NCBI GenBank assembly: GCA_023334545.1
Contig: JAADVB010000172.1
Span: 1 to 40,874 of the forward strand
DNA length: 40,874 bases
Reading direction: 5' to 3'
From: Salisapilia sapeloensis CBS 127946
Lineage: Eukaryota > Protista > Oomycota
A program made the position numbers and the translations under genes. Shown here piece by piece: positions 1 through 9,551 of the stretch (positions are counted from its first letter, which is position 1; each line of letters begins with the position of its first letter). The notes under the pieces are model-generated. The model saw nothing but the letters and a program-made list of their open reading frames with translations, had not been told where the DNA came from and did no database searches.

Positions 1-735
1 GATAACAGATAGTTCTAGCTGCTTGGCTAGATAGTAGACTCAGAACAAAGTCCACAGTGAATATGGACTTTGCTCCGTAAGTTCGACATCACGAATAAAC
101 TCCCACTTTGGTTTCCAGTTTCGTATAGACTTCAGCTTTCTGATTTACTCCTCATAGAACTGGTAGACTACTTCTACTAACTGCACTCACCATCACTGAA
201 CTTGGTTGCATAAAGCATGACACCGTTTTCATTTTTGACAGAAGATTGCTCAGTTACTCACGCTTGGTCGATTGCTCTGTGATATAGATCAAGATCAGCT
301 TGTATATCACACTGATCATCAGAAGGATGGTACTAAGTTACCGTGATGATGCGGAGAAGATTGAGCTGACGTATTAAAGAGACATATGCAATCATGCCTG
401 CTTCAGTGCTTTCCCTTTTCAAAGAGGAATTTTGTCTTCTGTCTAATTATAGACACAAGGGCTTTAATTGTCCACTCTAATTATCTTTATCTTCCACCGA
501 TCAAAGAAAGAATGCACAATCTCTGCAGTAGCTCACTATATTGCCAGAACTCACTTATTTATCCCATCGTACAACTCCAGTCGCAATGGGCAGTACGACG
601 ATGGTCATTGATAACTTTATTGAAGAGTAACTCGTCGTTATAGCTGCGTCGAATGTGCACTTCAGCTAGATTTCCATTCGCTGTCCTCGCATTACGCGAG
701 GCAATCAAATCCCAATCGTATCCATATCAATGCAC

Positions 736-1296
736 TTACGCAAGAAAATGGCAGTTCGTCTCTCGAACCATCAGTTGTAATTCAGTAGGAATGACCGATC
801 CGTCCTCTGCGTCCTCTGCTTTGTTAAAAGAGTTGGTATGTAGCTCAAGATATTTCAATCGTTTGAGCAACGCTAATGACGAAGGTATCGTTCCCGTAAA
901 CTTGTTTCCATCAAGTCGCAGAATTTGCAGGGACGTCAGTATCGAAAGTGAAGTAGGAACAGTTTTCGTAAGAAAGTTAGAGCTCAAATCAAGTTCACGC
1001 AATGCGCTCAGCTTTCGACGAGCAAATTCTTTCGGAATATACCCAACAAGATGGTTATTAGCCAAGCGAATGCGAATGATACGAGCATCTCGATCGCATT
1101 GAACGCCATACCAATGGTCTCGACATGGATCGCTGTAACCCTGAACGTCCCATGTGTGCGTCCACCGACGTCCGTCCGTCGCCCAGAACAAGGCTTTCAA
1201 GGCACCCACTTCACTTCGGCTCGTCTCTACAGGTGCGTGTGCCCATGCTATCGGTAGCAACAAGATAAGGCAGACAAGGAGAGACCATCGAAACAT
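736..1296 (-). CDS. Small secreted leucine-rich-repeat protein (signal peptide, LRR N-cap, ~4 plant-type LRRs), 186 aa
   Basis: Likely start is the ATG at 1296 (MFRWSLLVCLILLLPIAWA, signal-like), not the ORF-track start at 1407. N-cap ALKALFWATDGRRW...DPCRDHWYGVQC; repeats IRLANNHLVGYIP, LDLSSNFLTKTVP, LRLDGNKFTGTIP, LELHTNSF. Confidence 0.85.
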   Translation of the reverse strand: MFRWSLLVCLILLLPIAWAHAPVETSRSEVGALKALFWATDGRRWTHTWDVQGYSDPCRDHWYGVQCDRDARIIRIRLANNHLVGYIPKEFARRKLSALRELDLSSNFLTKTVPTSLSILTSLQILRLDGNKFTGTIPSSLALLKRLKYLELHTNSFNKAEDAEDGSVIPTELQLMVRETNCHFLA

Positions 1297-1481
1297 GATC
1301 TTAATAAAAACCAGAATAACTTTGGGAAAAATGAAACCACTCGTACATTTCTTGCAACTCCTACTCTTCATGGTCCTGTAGACGAATCGCCCACTTCTTA
1401 AATACAAGTCATACGTCTCCTAACTGGTTATTTGTAGTCCAGCAAGTAGATCGTTCTCATAGCACCACTTGGGAAAAATGG

Positions 1482-2558
1482 CTAGCGGCGCGACTGCTGC
1501 AGTTGAGCTCGTAACTCTTGCACTTCTCGCATCAACTGCGAGTTTTGCGCCTGCGTCTGTTCCAATTGGGACGATAGACGCTGGATCTCCAGTTCATACC
1601 TCTGTGCAGCATCTTGCTGACTGACTTGACCAGCTCCTTTGGCCAAAAGGTGCATCCTGTTCTGCGTTGAGTCAAGAGATGAACCGTAAAGTGGAGACGG
1701 CGCAGTGTACGACGGACTAGCGTCCAGAGACCTCTTTCGGCCGTTGCTAGTGTTCGTAGTCATTAGAGGTGGAACGAACGGAGGACCCGAGGTTGTCGCT
1801 ACGGACGATGGAGACGTGCTGAGCATCGACTTGCCCACTTCCGACACTGGTTGTCGCAGCAACTGCGATGCCGATGGGAGATTTACATGACCTGAATTAG
1901 GGAAGAGAGTGGATGGAGACGTCTTCCGTCGCTTTGCAGCCTGCTCATTCACGCCTGCACTTACTTTCGACAACTCTTGCAGTAAGATGTCGCCGTAGAC
2001 GCGTAGCTGTTCCTGTGACAAGCCGCATGCTGCCAACTCCTTCTTGGATGATGGCTTCTCTGCAGCTACTTTAGCAAGCAACGCATTCGGCAGTACGTCC
2101 GATGGTGCAAGCGAAGTGGAGTTCACGACCTGTTGTCGCCACACTTGCAAGTGCTGGAAGAGCTGCGTCACTTGGGACGACTCTGCTGGTGCTGCATTGC
2201 GCTGTAGAAGCTGCTTGGCATTCGCTTGATGGACGAGGTTCAAGCGCTGTGCCAACGTGCTATTGTCCAAGTACTCGGCCTCGGATGACGCACGTGCAAG
2301 CAGCGTGGCTTCCATTCGTTGCGCCAGTCCAGGCAATTTCTGACGCACTTTTTCCGGTGCATTCGGCTGCATACGTGACAGCAAGTCGGCAATCTGGCGC
2401 TGCACGCGCTGGCGCGTAGTCAATGCGACTCGCTCTCGCCATTCCGGCATTAGTTGCTTGGATGGCATATTGGTCGGGACACCCCACGGCTCCGTCGGAC
2501 TCTCACTGCCAGAGTGCGTAGCTCGGGTCGAGTCGGCGTGTCTCAATTGGACACGCAT
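1482..2558 (-). CDS. Protein with KIX-like helical domain, HRDC domain, S/P-rich linker and C-terminal coiled coil
   Basis: 358-aa ORF. aa ~40-110 WRERV...RQRVQRQI...AQRMEATLLARASSEAEY resembles KIX. aa ~131-198 LFQHLQVWRQQV...APSDVLPNALLAKVAAEKPSSKKELAACGLSQEQLRVYGDILL follows the HRDC pattern. Ends in heptad-rich YELEIQRLSSQLEQTQAQNSQLMREVQELRAQL. An Inr/FPR-like motif lies 73 nt upstream. Confidence 0.75.
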   Translation of the reverse strand: MRVQLRHADSTRATHSGSESPTEPWGVPTNMPSKQLMPEWRERVALTTRQRVQRQIADLLSRMQPNAPEKVRQKLPGLAQRMEATLLARASSEAEYLDNSTLAQRLNLVHQANAKQLLQRNAAPAESSQVTQLFQHLQVWRQQVVNSTSLAPSDVLPNALLAKVAAEKPSSKKELAACGLSQEQLRVYGDILLQELSKVSAGVNEQAAKRRKTSPSTLFPNSGHVNLPSASQLLRQPVSEVGKSMLSTSPSSVATTSGPPFVPPLMTTNTSNGRKRSLDASPSYTAPSPLYGSSLDSTQNRMHLLAKGAGQVSQQDAAQRYELEIQRLSSQLEQTQAQNSQLMREVQELRAQLQQSRR

Positions 2559-2619
2559 TCAAGTGGGAATAAGGTTCCGGTGCGGGACGCTCGCGGTTTC
2601 GATGTGCCTCGTCGAGGTC

Positions 2620-2635
2620 GAATTTGTGAATGACG
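2620..2635 (-). promoter_or_regulatory. Oomycete Inr+FPR-like core promoter
   Basis: Minus strand CGTCATTCACAAATTC versus consensus GCTCATTYBNNNWTTY; upstream of ATG 2558. Confidence 0.55.
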
Positions 2636-3816
2636 CGATGGTCTGGCACGACTGACGGTAGAAAGCCGCGATGAGACGTATGAGTCCTCACGATCGATCC
2701 TGACGCTGCTGCGTCATCAATTCTACGCACAATGCCACGAACCTGCTGTTCGCGTCAGGGTGAGTGTCCTCGTCCAGTATAGCCTGCTGTCCATACGAGT
2801 GCACTGGGCATCGTGTGAAACTTGGGGTGATGTGGAGTATTTCCGTCAGTCATCGGATGTGCTGCAAAGATGGAGATTTGCATGCGGATCTGATAATGAA
2901 AGTCGATGGAAAGATGATGAGAGCAATTGCGCTGTGACGTTCGAGCGCAAGTAGCTAAATTGGATACTTGAGCTACGCAAGACATGAAACCGGTTGAGAT
3001 ATGTCGCTTGAAAAAGCTATTTTATCACGTCACTTGAAGTTAGTCTCGTCGTGGCATTTTCGGAGAAGTATCTTTTGTCGTTGGTAGCGTGTCTATCGGT
3101 AGTTTGTGCTTTCCCGCTCGTATCTTTGGTACAGTAGAGGGCATCGGGTACTGCTTATATTCAAATGCAACGACTTGTTCGAATATGCAAGCGGTAAAGA
3201 GGCTTTTGATGAGAAAGAAGCTCGATAAAGAAGCTGGTCTTACCTTTGCTACGATGTATCGACAAGATCGAGGCACCGTCAATAGCTCTAAAAGATTCAA
3301 GCGATTGAAGTTCGTGCAATTATACAACCTTGCACGTCGTCAGTATGCATTGCCAGAGCACTCCTAGATAGATCTGCACTAGTACAGGCACATTGATCGT
3401 CGGTAGGACAGCATCGAAAGTCGATATAGTGGGCACGACAAGTATCACAGCATATCTTTTATTCAAGCGTGTGAAAGACCGCTCATCTATTTGAACCTAG
3501 GAGAAGCGAGAAGGCTGATCGAGAACACGTCGACTGCATGCATTCTCAGGTGTGCATAGTAGATACCTAGATCACTATAAGCGAAAAATACCATACAAAG
3601 TCACGACCATATACATGAAAGTAGAGACTTAGAGCTGCCTAGTCACAGAAGCATCTTATTACTTGAATTTTCGCACCAGCAACTCCACATCATGCCTGCA
3701 TGATGTTTGCTGAGACCAATCTCTCCTATCAGTACCGTCTCAGTATATATTCTTCATATAGGTACACTCACAAAGCGATTGCACCATTTTCAGTCCTGCA
3801 AGTACACGCAAGCTGA

Positions 3817-5970
3817 ATGGCTCCTTCGGCACTAGCACTAGTTCGATATGTGTCTCTACGTTCCTATTGCGAAGACCTTCAAGGGAGCTTGACACTAGAA
3901 ATGTCCTATGGTCACAGCCTGTTTTCTAAACCATGGCGACTGCGGATACATCACCCACTTCCCAAATCCCACGATCTTAATGCAGCTCGTCAGACATTGG
4001 AAACACTTTCTCTGCTTCGAGTAGCCGATCCAACTTCCTGGGAAGCATTGCTGTTATTACCCTGTAGATTAATTACGTCAGAAGTCAATGGGTACGATCG
4101 TATCAGTCCACTCACAGATCTCCCTTTGAATATGTCGATGCCAGTACTTGAATTCTTTTTCCAGCCGACACGTCCTAAAGTGTCTATCTACGACGTTTGT
4201 CAGCAGCTTTTTCCTCCAGACAGCAATCTGCTTGAGTTTCCACCCTTTAGTGACGTCATGAGTCGAATCTCATCCGTTCGAACTAGAGGCCTATCAACTG
4301 TCTTTCCATTAAGGTTTGTCTTCCCAGGCAAAAGCGAAAGCGAATTGTTAGGAGCCTACTTAACTGACGTTGGGAAAGCAATTGAGTACCTGCATTCTAG
4401 AATCGGACAACACGCCTTCGTTTCTGACAATGAGGTGTCAAATGAGTTGATCAAAAGTCGCTGGAAACTCAGTGCAATCGCTATCTCGATCATGACTTCC
4501 ATGCTACCAAAAGAAATGGAAATCCTAGCACGAATTGTACCATCCGACACGTCTGTAACCATCAATGGTTTGTATCTTGCTCCGAAGACGCATTTGGACA
4601 TTCCAAGGGGCCGAATGGCAATGCGAACGCTGCTGACGACTTTATTCGACAGTCATCGTAAAACGTCATCATCCAGGTCCAAGAAGACATCCGATCATCG
4701 CCTAGAACTAAATGTCAATTGTAATGACGCAACAGTAGCTCATGTCATGCGATTATTCTCTGCTGTCATGACTTCGAAGAAGCATACCAGATTACATCTT
4801 TCTCATGTATTTAACGATGACGTCGCAGAGGTGAGAGCTCTAAAATGGAAATGGCTTGCATATGCCTGTTTCCATCGGTCCAATAGCTCCAATCGTTCAA
4901 TCCAGCTCGAGTTAGACGGCATCACTATTCAGCATGAAGACGTGGATGCAATGGAAGATATACTCAACAGCTCTAGACCATTAAATCACCTCATGCACAG
5001 TGACAGCAACTTGTCTTATCAAACCTACGAAGCTCAAGTCGATCACACTACTGTCTTCCGGCCTATTGCACTTTATGAAACAGCAACAGATCATCAACAA
5101 CGACCGGATAATCATCAATTAGAGACGATAAGTCTCGGAATTCAAGAACCAATCTGGATACCAGTGTTTAAAACCGACACATCGGAATGGATAAGTGCTT
5201 TGGTTCCTGGGTATGGACTCTGTCAAGTACGTGAAGACAGCCTTGTCGCGATGGAAACGTATACGGAAACCGAAAGTGGCAACATCCATTCGACGAGTGC
5301 TTTGTTTATCAATGCAGAGACTGATGATATCGATGCAAGTGTTGTCGAGCGGCTGCTTAGTCTCATAGGACGTCCTCTTCAATCGTTGTCCATTCAGCTA
5401 CGTCCTGATGAGCGTCAGGCTTTAAACATGGAGGCAATTCAAACCTGTTGTCCTCAACTACGTCATCTGTCACTAGAGAATGTCCAGATACGATCCAACC
5501 TCTTAGCTTTCTACAACTCTTCCGACTCCCAGCTATCGCATCTATCACTTTCGAATATCCTTGTGGACAACTTGGAGCTGGAAAAGCTTGCTGTCGCGTT
5601 GTCCAACAAGCTTTCCGTTGTCGCAAGGACGTTGCAAGAGCTAATACTTCGTTTCCCTTCACCTAGGAATGACGATGCACTTCCGTCGTTTGATTCGATG
5701 CTAGATACGAACTCCAAGCTTCATACCTTTTTCCTGTATTTCGATCATGATCGTTGTGAAAGGTTCACTCCGTTGTTCAAGAGACATAATGGAGATACCA
5801 TTGCCACTCGACAGGAAGAACTCGCCTATAGCAGTAAACTGGCTTTCTTAAGCGTCATGCACGGTAGCAATACGTCACTTGCCACGTTGGATGTAGAAGT
5901 CATCCAGCTCATCTTTGCATTTGCTGCGACAAATGGGCATCGAAAAGTGTGGATGATGCCAATTTCATGA
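3817..5970 (+). CDS. Hypothetical 717-aa protein with C-terminal RNI-like/degenerate LRR region
   Basis: Long uninterrupted ORF. C-terminal LxxLxL repeats (LQSLSIQL, LRHLSLENV, LSHLSLSNI, LQELILRF, LHTFFLYF); tail KLAFLSVM...LDVEVIQLIFAFAA recalls an oomycete hypothetical family (from memory, unverified). Confidence 0.7.
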   Translation: MAPSALALVRYVSLRSYCEDLQGSLTLEMSYGHSLFSKPWRLRIHHPLPKSHDLNAARQTLETLSLLRVADPTSWEALLLLPCRLITSEVNGYDRISPLTDLPLNMSMPVLEFFFQPTRPKVSIYDVCQQLFPPDSNLLEFPPFSDVMSRISSVRTRGLSTVFPLRFVFPGKSESELLGAYLTDVGKAIEYLHSRIGQHAFVSDNEVSNELIKSRWKLSAIAISIMTSMLPKEMEILARIVPSDTSVTINGLYLAPKTHLDIPRGRMAMRTLLTTLFDSHRKTSSSRSKKTSDHRLELNVNCNDATVAHVMRLFSAVMTSKKHTRLHLSHVFNDDVAEVRALKWKWLAYACFHRSNSSNRSIQLELDGITIQHEDVDAMEDILNSSRPLNHLMHSDSNLSYQTYEAQVDHTTVFRPIALYETATDHQQRPDNHQLETISLGIQEPIWIPVFKTDTSEWISALVPGYGLCQVREDSLVAMETYTETESGNIHSTSALFINAETDDIDASVVERLLSLIGRPLQSLSIQLRPDERQALNMEAIQTCCPQLRHLSLENVQIRSNLLAFYNSSDSQLSHLSLSNILVDNLELEKLAVALSNKLSVVARTLQELILRFPSPRNDDALPSFDSMLDTNSKLHTFFLYFDHDRCERFTPLFKRHNGDTIATRQEELAYSSKLAFLSVMHGSNTSLATLDVEVIQLIFAFAATNGHRKVWMMPIS

Positions 5971-6024
5971 GAAAATTGATCAACGGAAAGATGCAAATGA
6001 ATGAATTGGAGTTACTTGATGATT

Positions 6025-6843
6025 TCATTTTGGTATATGAACGCGTACTACAGTTTCCTCCCTTCTAGATGCACTTTTTAATACAGTAGGTTCTGCTAGT
6101 GAAAGAGCACAGCTAGCTCCAACGAAATTTGTGCCGTTTTCAATGCCTACTCGATTGGATGCTAAAAAATGGCAATTTGGCTTTGGATAGTTTCCACTCT
6201 GGAGTTGGTCGATGACTGGGGAAAGTCGAGTTGCCCAGTAGTTGAGGGTCGGAAGCGTTTCGTTACTTTCTGGCTCAAAATCATTCCAGGCGCAAGAGAA
6301 GAGAATGAGGTCGCTACCGTGCTCCAGAACGTGATTCGCGAACTCAAAAGCTGAGAACTCAGCGACAAAGTCGAATGGATTGATGTCCATGCAGATACCA
6401 AACGAGATCGTCTTGTCCAACCAGTCACAATACCAGCTTGTGAATCCATCCCCTGGAGTAGCCCATGATTTGTCCGTCTCGTATAAAAACGTCTTGCGAG
6501 GATTACAGACGAGCTGTCCATCAGGGCTCACCACCATCATGGCGTTGTAAAGAGTCGACGGATCATCCGGATCTCTTTCAACGTACCCACAAGTGACGAG
6601 GCACTGTAGACGACGAGCGTGACGCTGGCACCACTCGAATGTTGGTCCGCTTCCTGCAAGCTCAGCTAGGGGCTCGACTTCGGATTTTGTTTTAAAAACA
6701 TACCCAGTGAAGATCATTTCTGAGAGCACGAGGATATCAATGTTATCATCCTTGTGCAGGGATTCGACCATTGCATCCACGTGGTCCATGTTGTGCTGAA
6801 CTTGCCCGATCACAGGCTCACACTGGACGATAGCGACTTCCAT
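6025..6843 (-). CDS. NTA1: Protein N-terminal Asn/Gln amidase, yeast Nta1 type (nitrilase superfamily)
   Basis: Start at ATG 6843 (MEVAIVQCEP). Nitrilase triad motifs VLSEMIFTGY (E), RKTFLY (K), GICMDINP (C), plus Nta1-type FEFANH and LFSCAW. Confidence 0.88.
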   Translation of the reverse strand: MEVAIVQCEPVIGQVQHNMDHVDAMVESLHKDDNIDILVLSEMIFTGYVFKTKSEVEPLAELAGSGPTFEWCQRHARRLQCLVTCGYVERDPDDPSTLYNAMMVVSPDGQLVCNPRKTFLYETDKSWATPGDGFTSWYCDWLDKTISFGICMDINPFDFVAEFSAFEFANHVLEHGSDLILFSCAWNDFEPESNETLPTLNYWATRLSPVIDQLQSGNYPKPNCHFLASNRVGIENGTNFVGASCALSLAEPTVLKSASRREETVVRVHIPK

Positions 6844-7277
6844 CTCCTCTTCGATTAAATTGTGTCCATGCTTCTTGTTGAGGTTACCGATTATTGGTTG
6901 TGTGATGAAATGTATCAAAAACACAAATAAAAGTTGATTGTTACTTTTTTATGCATGTGGCGTCGTCTCAGTGCTGAGCAAATATGGACACTTCAGCTTG
7001 TACAATTGAGTACGTGTAGAGCTGCTTTGAATATGTAATGTTGCTTTTCATTTAGCTATAAGCAAATGGAAAGAATAGATGTGGTGGATATAGAATGGGA
7101 ACATGTCAACTGCATTTGCTATCGTGTTGAATTTATTGTTGACGGTAGCATGATGGAGATACTGTGCAAGTTACTCCAATAAGCGTGTGATCAGTTTGGT
7201 AAACGAGTTGGTGTAAAACTTAAGACGTGTATTATCATCTTACAAATGCGATTGCACAGCATGTACCTGCATAATTC

Positions 7278-8183
7278 CTACTTGGCTCTGCAAGGCTGCT
7301 TCGAGGATGGTGATGGTGTCTCTGCATCCATCTCTCCTTCGTTGCCCTCTGCCTCATTGGCCGTATCCCTGTCTTTATCATCATCAAACGAAAGACCAGT
7401 GCTGCCTTCGGTGTCCGTAGGTTTTTCATCGCTCGTGTTCTCGGTTGAGTTTCCACCACCGCATTGCTCTACTTGAGCAGGGATACCAAACTTGTAGTAC
7501 TGTTCGAAATCATCGTTACTTCCTTTGAACTGCTCCGACACAATATCATTGTCGTAAAAGTACATGCACTGATCATCTCCTTTACCCTCAAGCTTGGTTA
7601 CGCGGTCGCCGCCAACAAATGTTGGACAAGACGGTTCCTCTCCATCTCCATCCGAAGTTAGATGGATGTCAGCACAAGAGCGGAATTGTGGTTCCATCCA
7701 ACCAATGTTGCCAAAGCTGGATCCAACGCTGTGCCACGTCCATTGCAGCACATAGTCTCCTTCCGGTAACCAATCAGGAAGAGTGATCGTATCTCCGCAG
7801 CTGATAGTAAAATCACCACTGCCGTCACTGGCGTACCGAGTGTTCTCTCGATTGGGTACACACTCTGGACCAGATTCTCGGCAAGTATAAAAGAAAACGT
7901 TGTCATCAAAGTTTTCCTTGGTCTCTTCGCCTAGAGGTACCATCGCCCAACGAATAAAGCCGCCGAGGTGATTGTTGCGCCAGTACCGGACGTCAATAGT
8001 TTCACCGGGTGAGTAAGAGGTTGATTCTCCGGGACCATCGACTGGACACCCCATCACGTTCTCCATATCCGGGGTAGAAGAATCTATTCTTGATACGGGC
8101 TCGACAAGATACGAATGTCCAAGTACGGTCGACCCGTACATGTTAAACAGAGAGAATGCGATCGTAGTAACTGAGAATTTCAT
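7278..8183 (-). CDS. Secreted LPMO-like (putative copper His-brace) protein with Cys-containing second module and acidic tail
   Basis: ATG 8183 and 22-aa signal-like leader MKFSVTTIAFSLFNMYGSTVLG, followed by His1 (codon 8115-8117). HSYLVEPVSR; second His in RNNHLGGF (7968-7970); LPDWLPEGDYVLQWTW; QFRSCADI (Phe codon 7683-7685). Confidence 0.75.
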   Translation of the reverse strand: MKFSVTTIAFSLFNMYGSTVLGHSYLVEPVSRIDSSTPDMENVMGCPVDGPGESTSYSPGETIDVRYWRNNHLGGFIRWAMVPLGEETKENFDDNVFFYTCRESGPECVPNRENTRYASDGSGDFTISCGDTITLPDWLPEGDYVLQWTWHSVGSSFGNIGWMEPQFRSCADIHLTSDGDGEEPSCPTFVGGDRVTKLEGKGDDQCMYFYDNDIVSEQFKGSNDDFEQYYKFGIPAQVEQCGGGNSTENTSDEKPTDTEGSTGLSFDDDKDRDTANEAEGNEGEMDAETPSPSSKQPCRAK

Positions 8184-8225
8184 TGCCAATAGCAGTGGTT
8201 GAAGTAGTAGCTGGATGACAGAGGC

Positions 8226-8241
8226 AAATTTAAAAATGAGC
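8226..8241 (-). promoter_or_regulatory. Oomycete Inr+FPR core promoter (perfect consensus match)
   Basis: Minus strand GCTCATTTTTAAATTT matches GCTCATTYBNNNWTTY; predicted TSS ~8237, 54 nt upstream of ATG 8183. Confidence 0.8.
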
Positions 8242-8725
8242 TTTGATCGTATTGCCAAAGCACCAGGCTACCTGCCTCATGTCATGGGTGACAGCAGCGA
8301 TGGAGATCTCTATACTACTACTGATCCAAGTATCCGAATTGGATTTCTCCCAAACCAGCAGATTTGTTAGAATCTGTACACGATTGACTACGATTATTTA
8401 AGGATGAGATTAGTCGTGCGATCACGACGATTATAAGATCAGAAACTAGTGACTAAAAATCAACTTGATTATTCTGAACAGAATCTCATTCCACTTGTAT
8501 GTCTAGGATAGTACATTGGACGACCATCGTAGAAACTTACGGAGAATAATATGGATATTTAGGTGTTCAAAAGGACTTGGACACGTTTAGCTTCCACCTC
8601 GTCAGAAAAATCCGCGAAAGCTGCTGCATTTACTTCACGAGTTGGGGCTTTCTTTTAACGAGTCTATAGGATACGATAAGATTTATACTGAAAATGGCCA
8701 AGCGATAAGCTGTATATTACGGTAT

Positions 8726-9400
8726 CTACTGCTTTAGATGCTGCTGCACGACTCTGTTTACTATTTGTGGTATCTGTTCTCTCATGTCAGTGACCTTCTT
8801 TGGCGTCACATACTCCTGTAGGCTTTCTTCTAATTGCATCCCTACCTCCTTTTTGCATAGGTAGTCGGCGACAGCGAGTACGTATACACCGCAGTCATAT
8901 CCATTCTCTTGCTGTGGGCTATCTGACATCTCTTTCACGGTCAGACACTCATTGGATCCCACTCCTTCCCCCTTTTCATTCGCTAGCAAAGACTGGAATT
9001 GCTTTGCAACACGCTTTGCTGCAGCATGGTTCGAGCCGGCACAAGAATCGTAGTGTTCTAGGACAGCGGACGCCCGACGGTAGACGCACAAAGACCAATG
9101 ACTACTACTTCCTCCCAAGCTCTGGTTGTCACTAACAGGAATAAAGCAAACTTGTTTTTCAGCTAACTGGATCCCACGCGCAAGGTCAGCAAACTCATCA
9201 CCATCGTCACATTGGAGGACCATACACGAGACCACAGTCGGGTCCATCAGAACCACCTCGTTATTCTTACAGCATATCGTGTGCTGCAAATGCTGCAAGT
9301 AAAAGTTGATAGCATTGTCATTGAGCCACTGATTTGTATGAAAGAGTGCTACGTCCGACTCGTAGAGCTGGACATCGTCATACACATGCAGAAGCTTCAT
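8726..9400 (-). CDS. SENP8: NEDD8-specific protease (DEN1/NEDP1, Ulp1/C48 family)
   Basis: LYESDVALF...WLNDNAINFY; catalytic HWS, HYDS, QQENGYDCGVY; 224 aa. Confidence 0.9.
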   Translation of the reverse strand: MKLLHVYDDVQLYESDVALFHTNQWLNDNAINFYLQHLQHTICCKNNEVVLMDPTVVSCMVLQCDDGDEFADLARGIQLAEKQVCFIPVSDNQSLGGSSSHWSLCVYRRASAVLEHYDSCAGSNHAAAKRVAKQFQSLLANEKGEGVGSNECLTVKEMSDSPQQENGYDCGVYVLAVADYLCKKEVGMQLEESLQEYVTPKKVTDMREQIPQIVNRVVQQHLKQ

Positions 9401-9551
9401 TATGATACACTAGAATTTCCTATGGAACTCCTCGCCACATTCCATAAAAATAGCTTTAATAGTAATGTATAAAATGTATATACAAAGGTATGGTACGTGA
9501 GACGAAGAAACCAAAGAGCGAAAAAACACACAGCCAAGATCCCAGAACAGT

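Noticed and set aside
2503-3500. Short ORFs upstream of the KIX-HRDC gene and of the 717-aa gene
   Set aside because: Under 100 aa, mostly non-ATG starts, no recognisable motif, no convincing exon chain.
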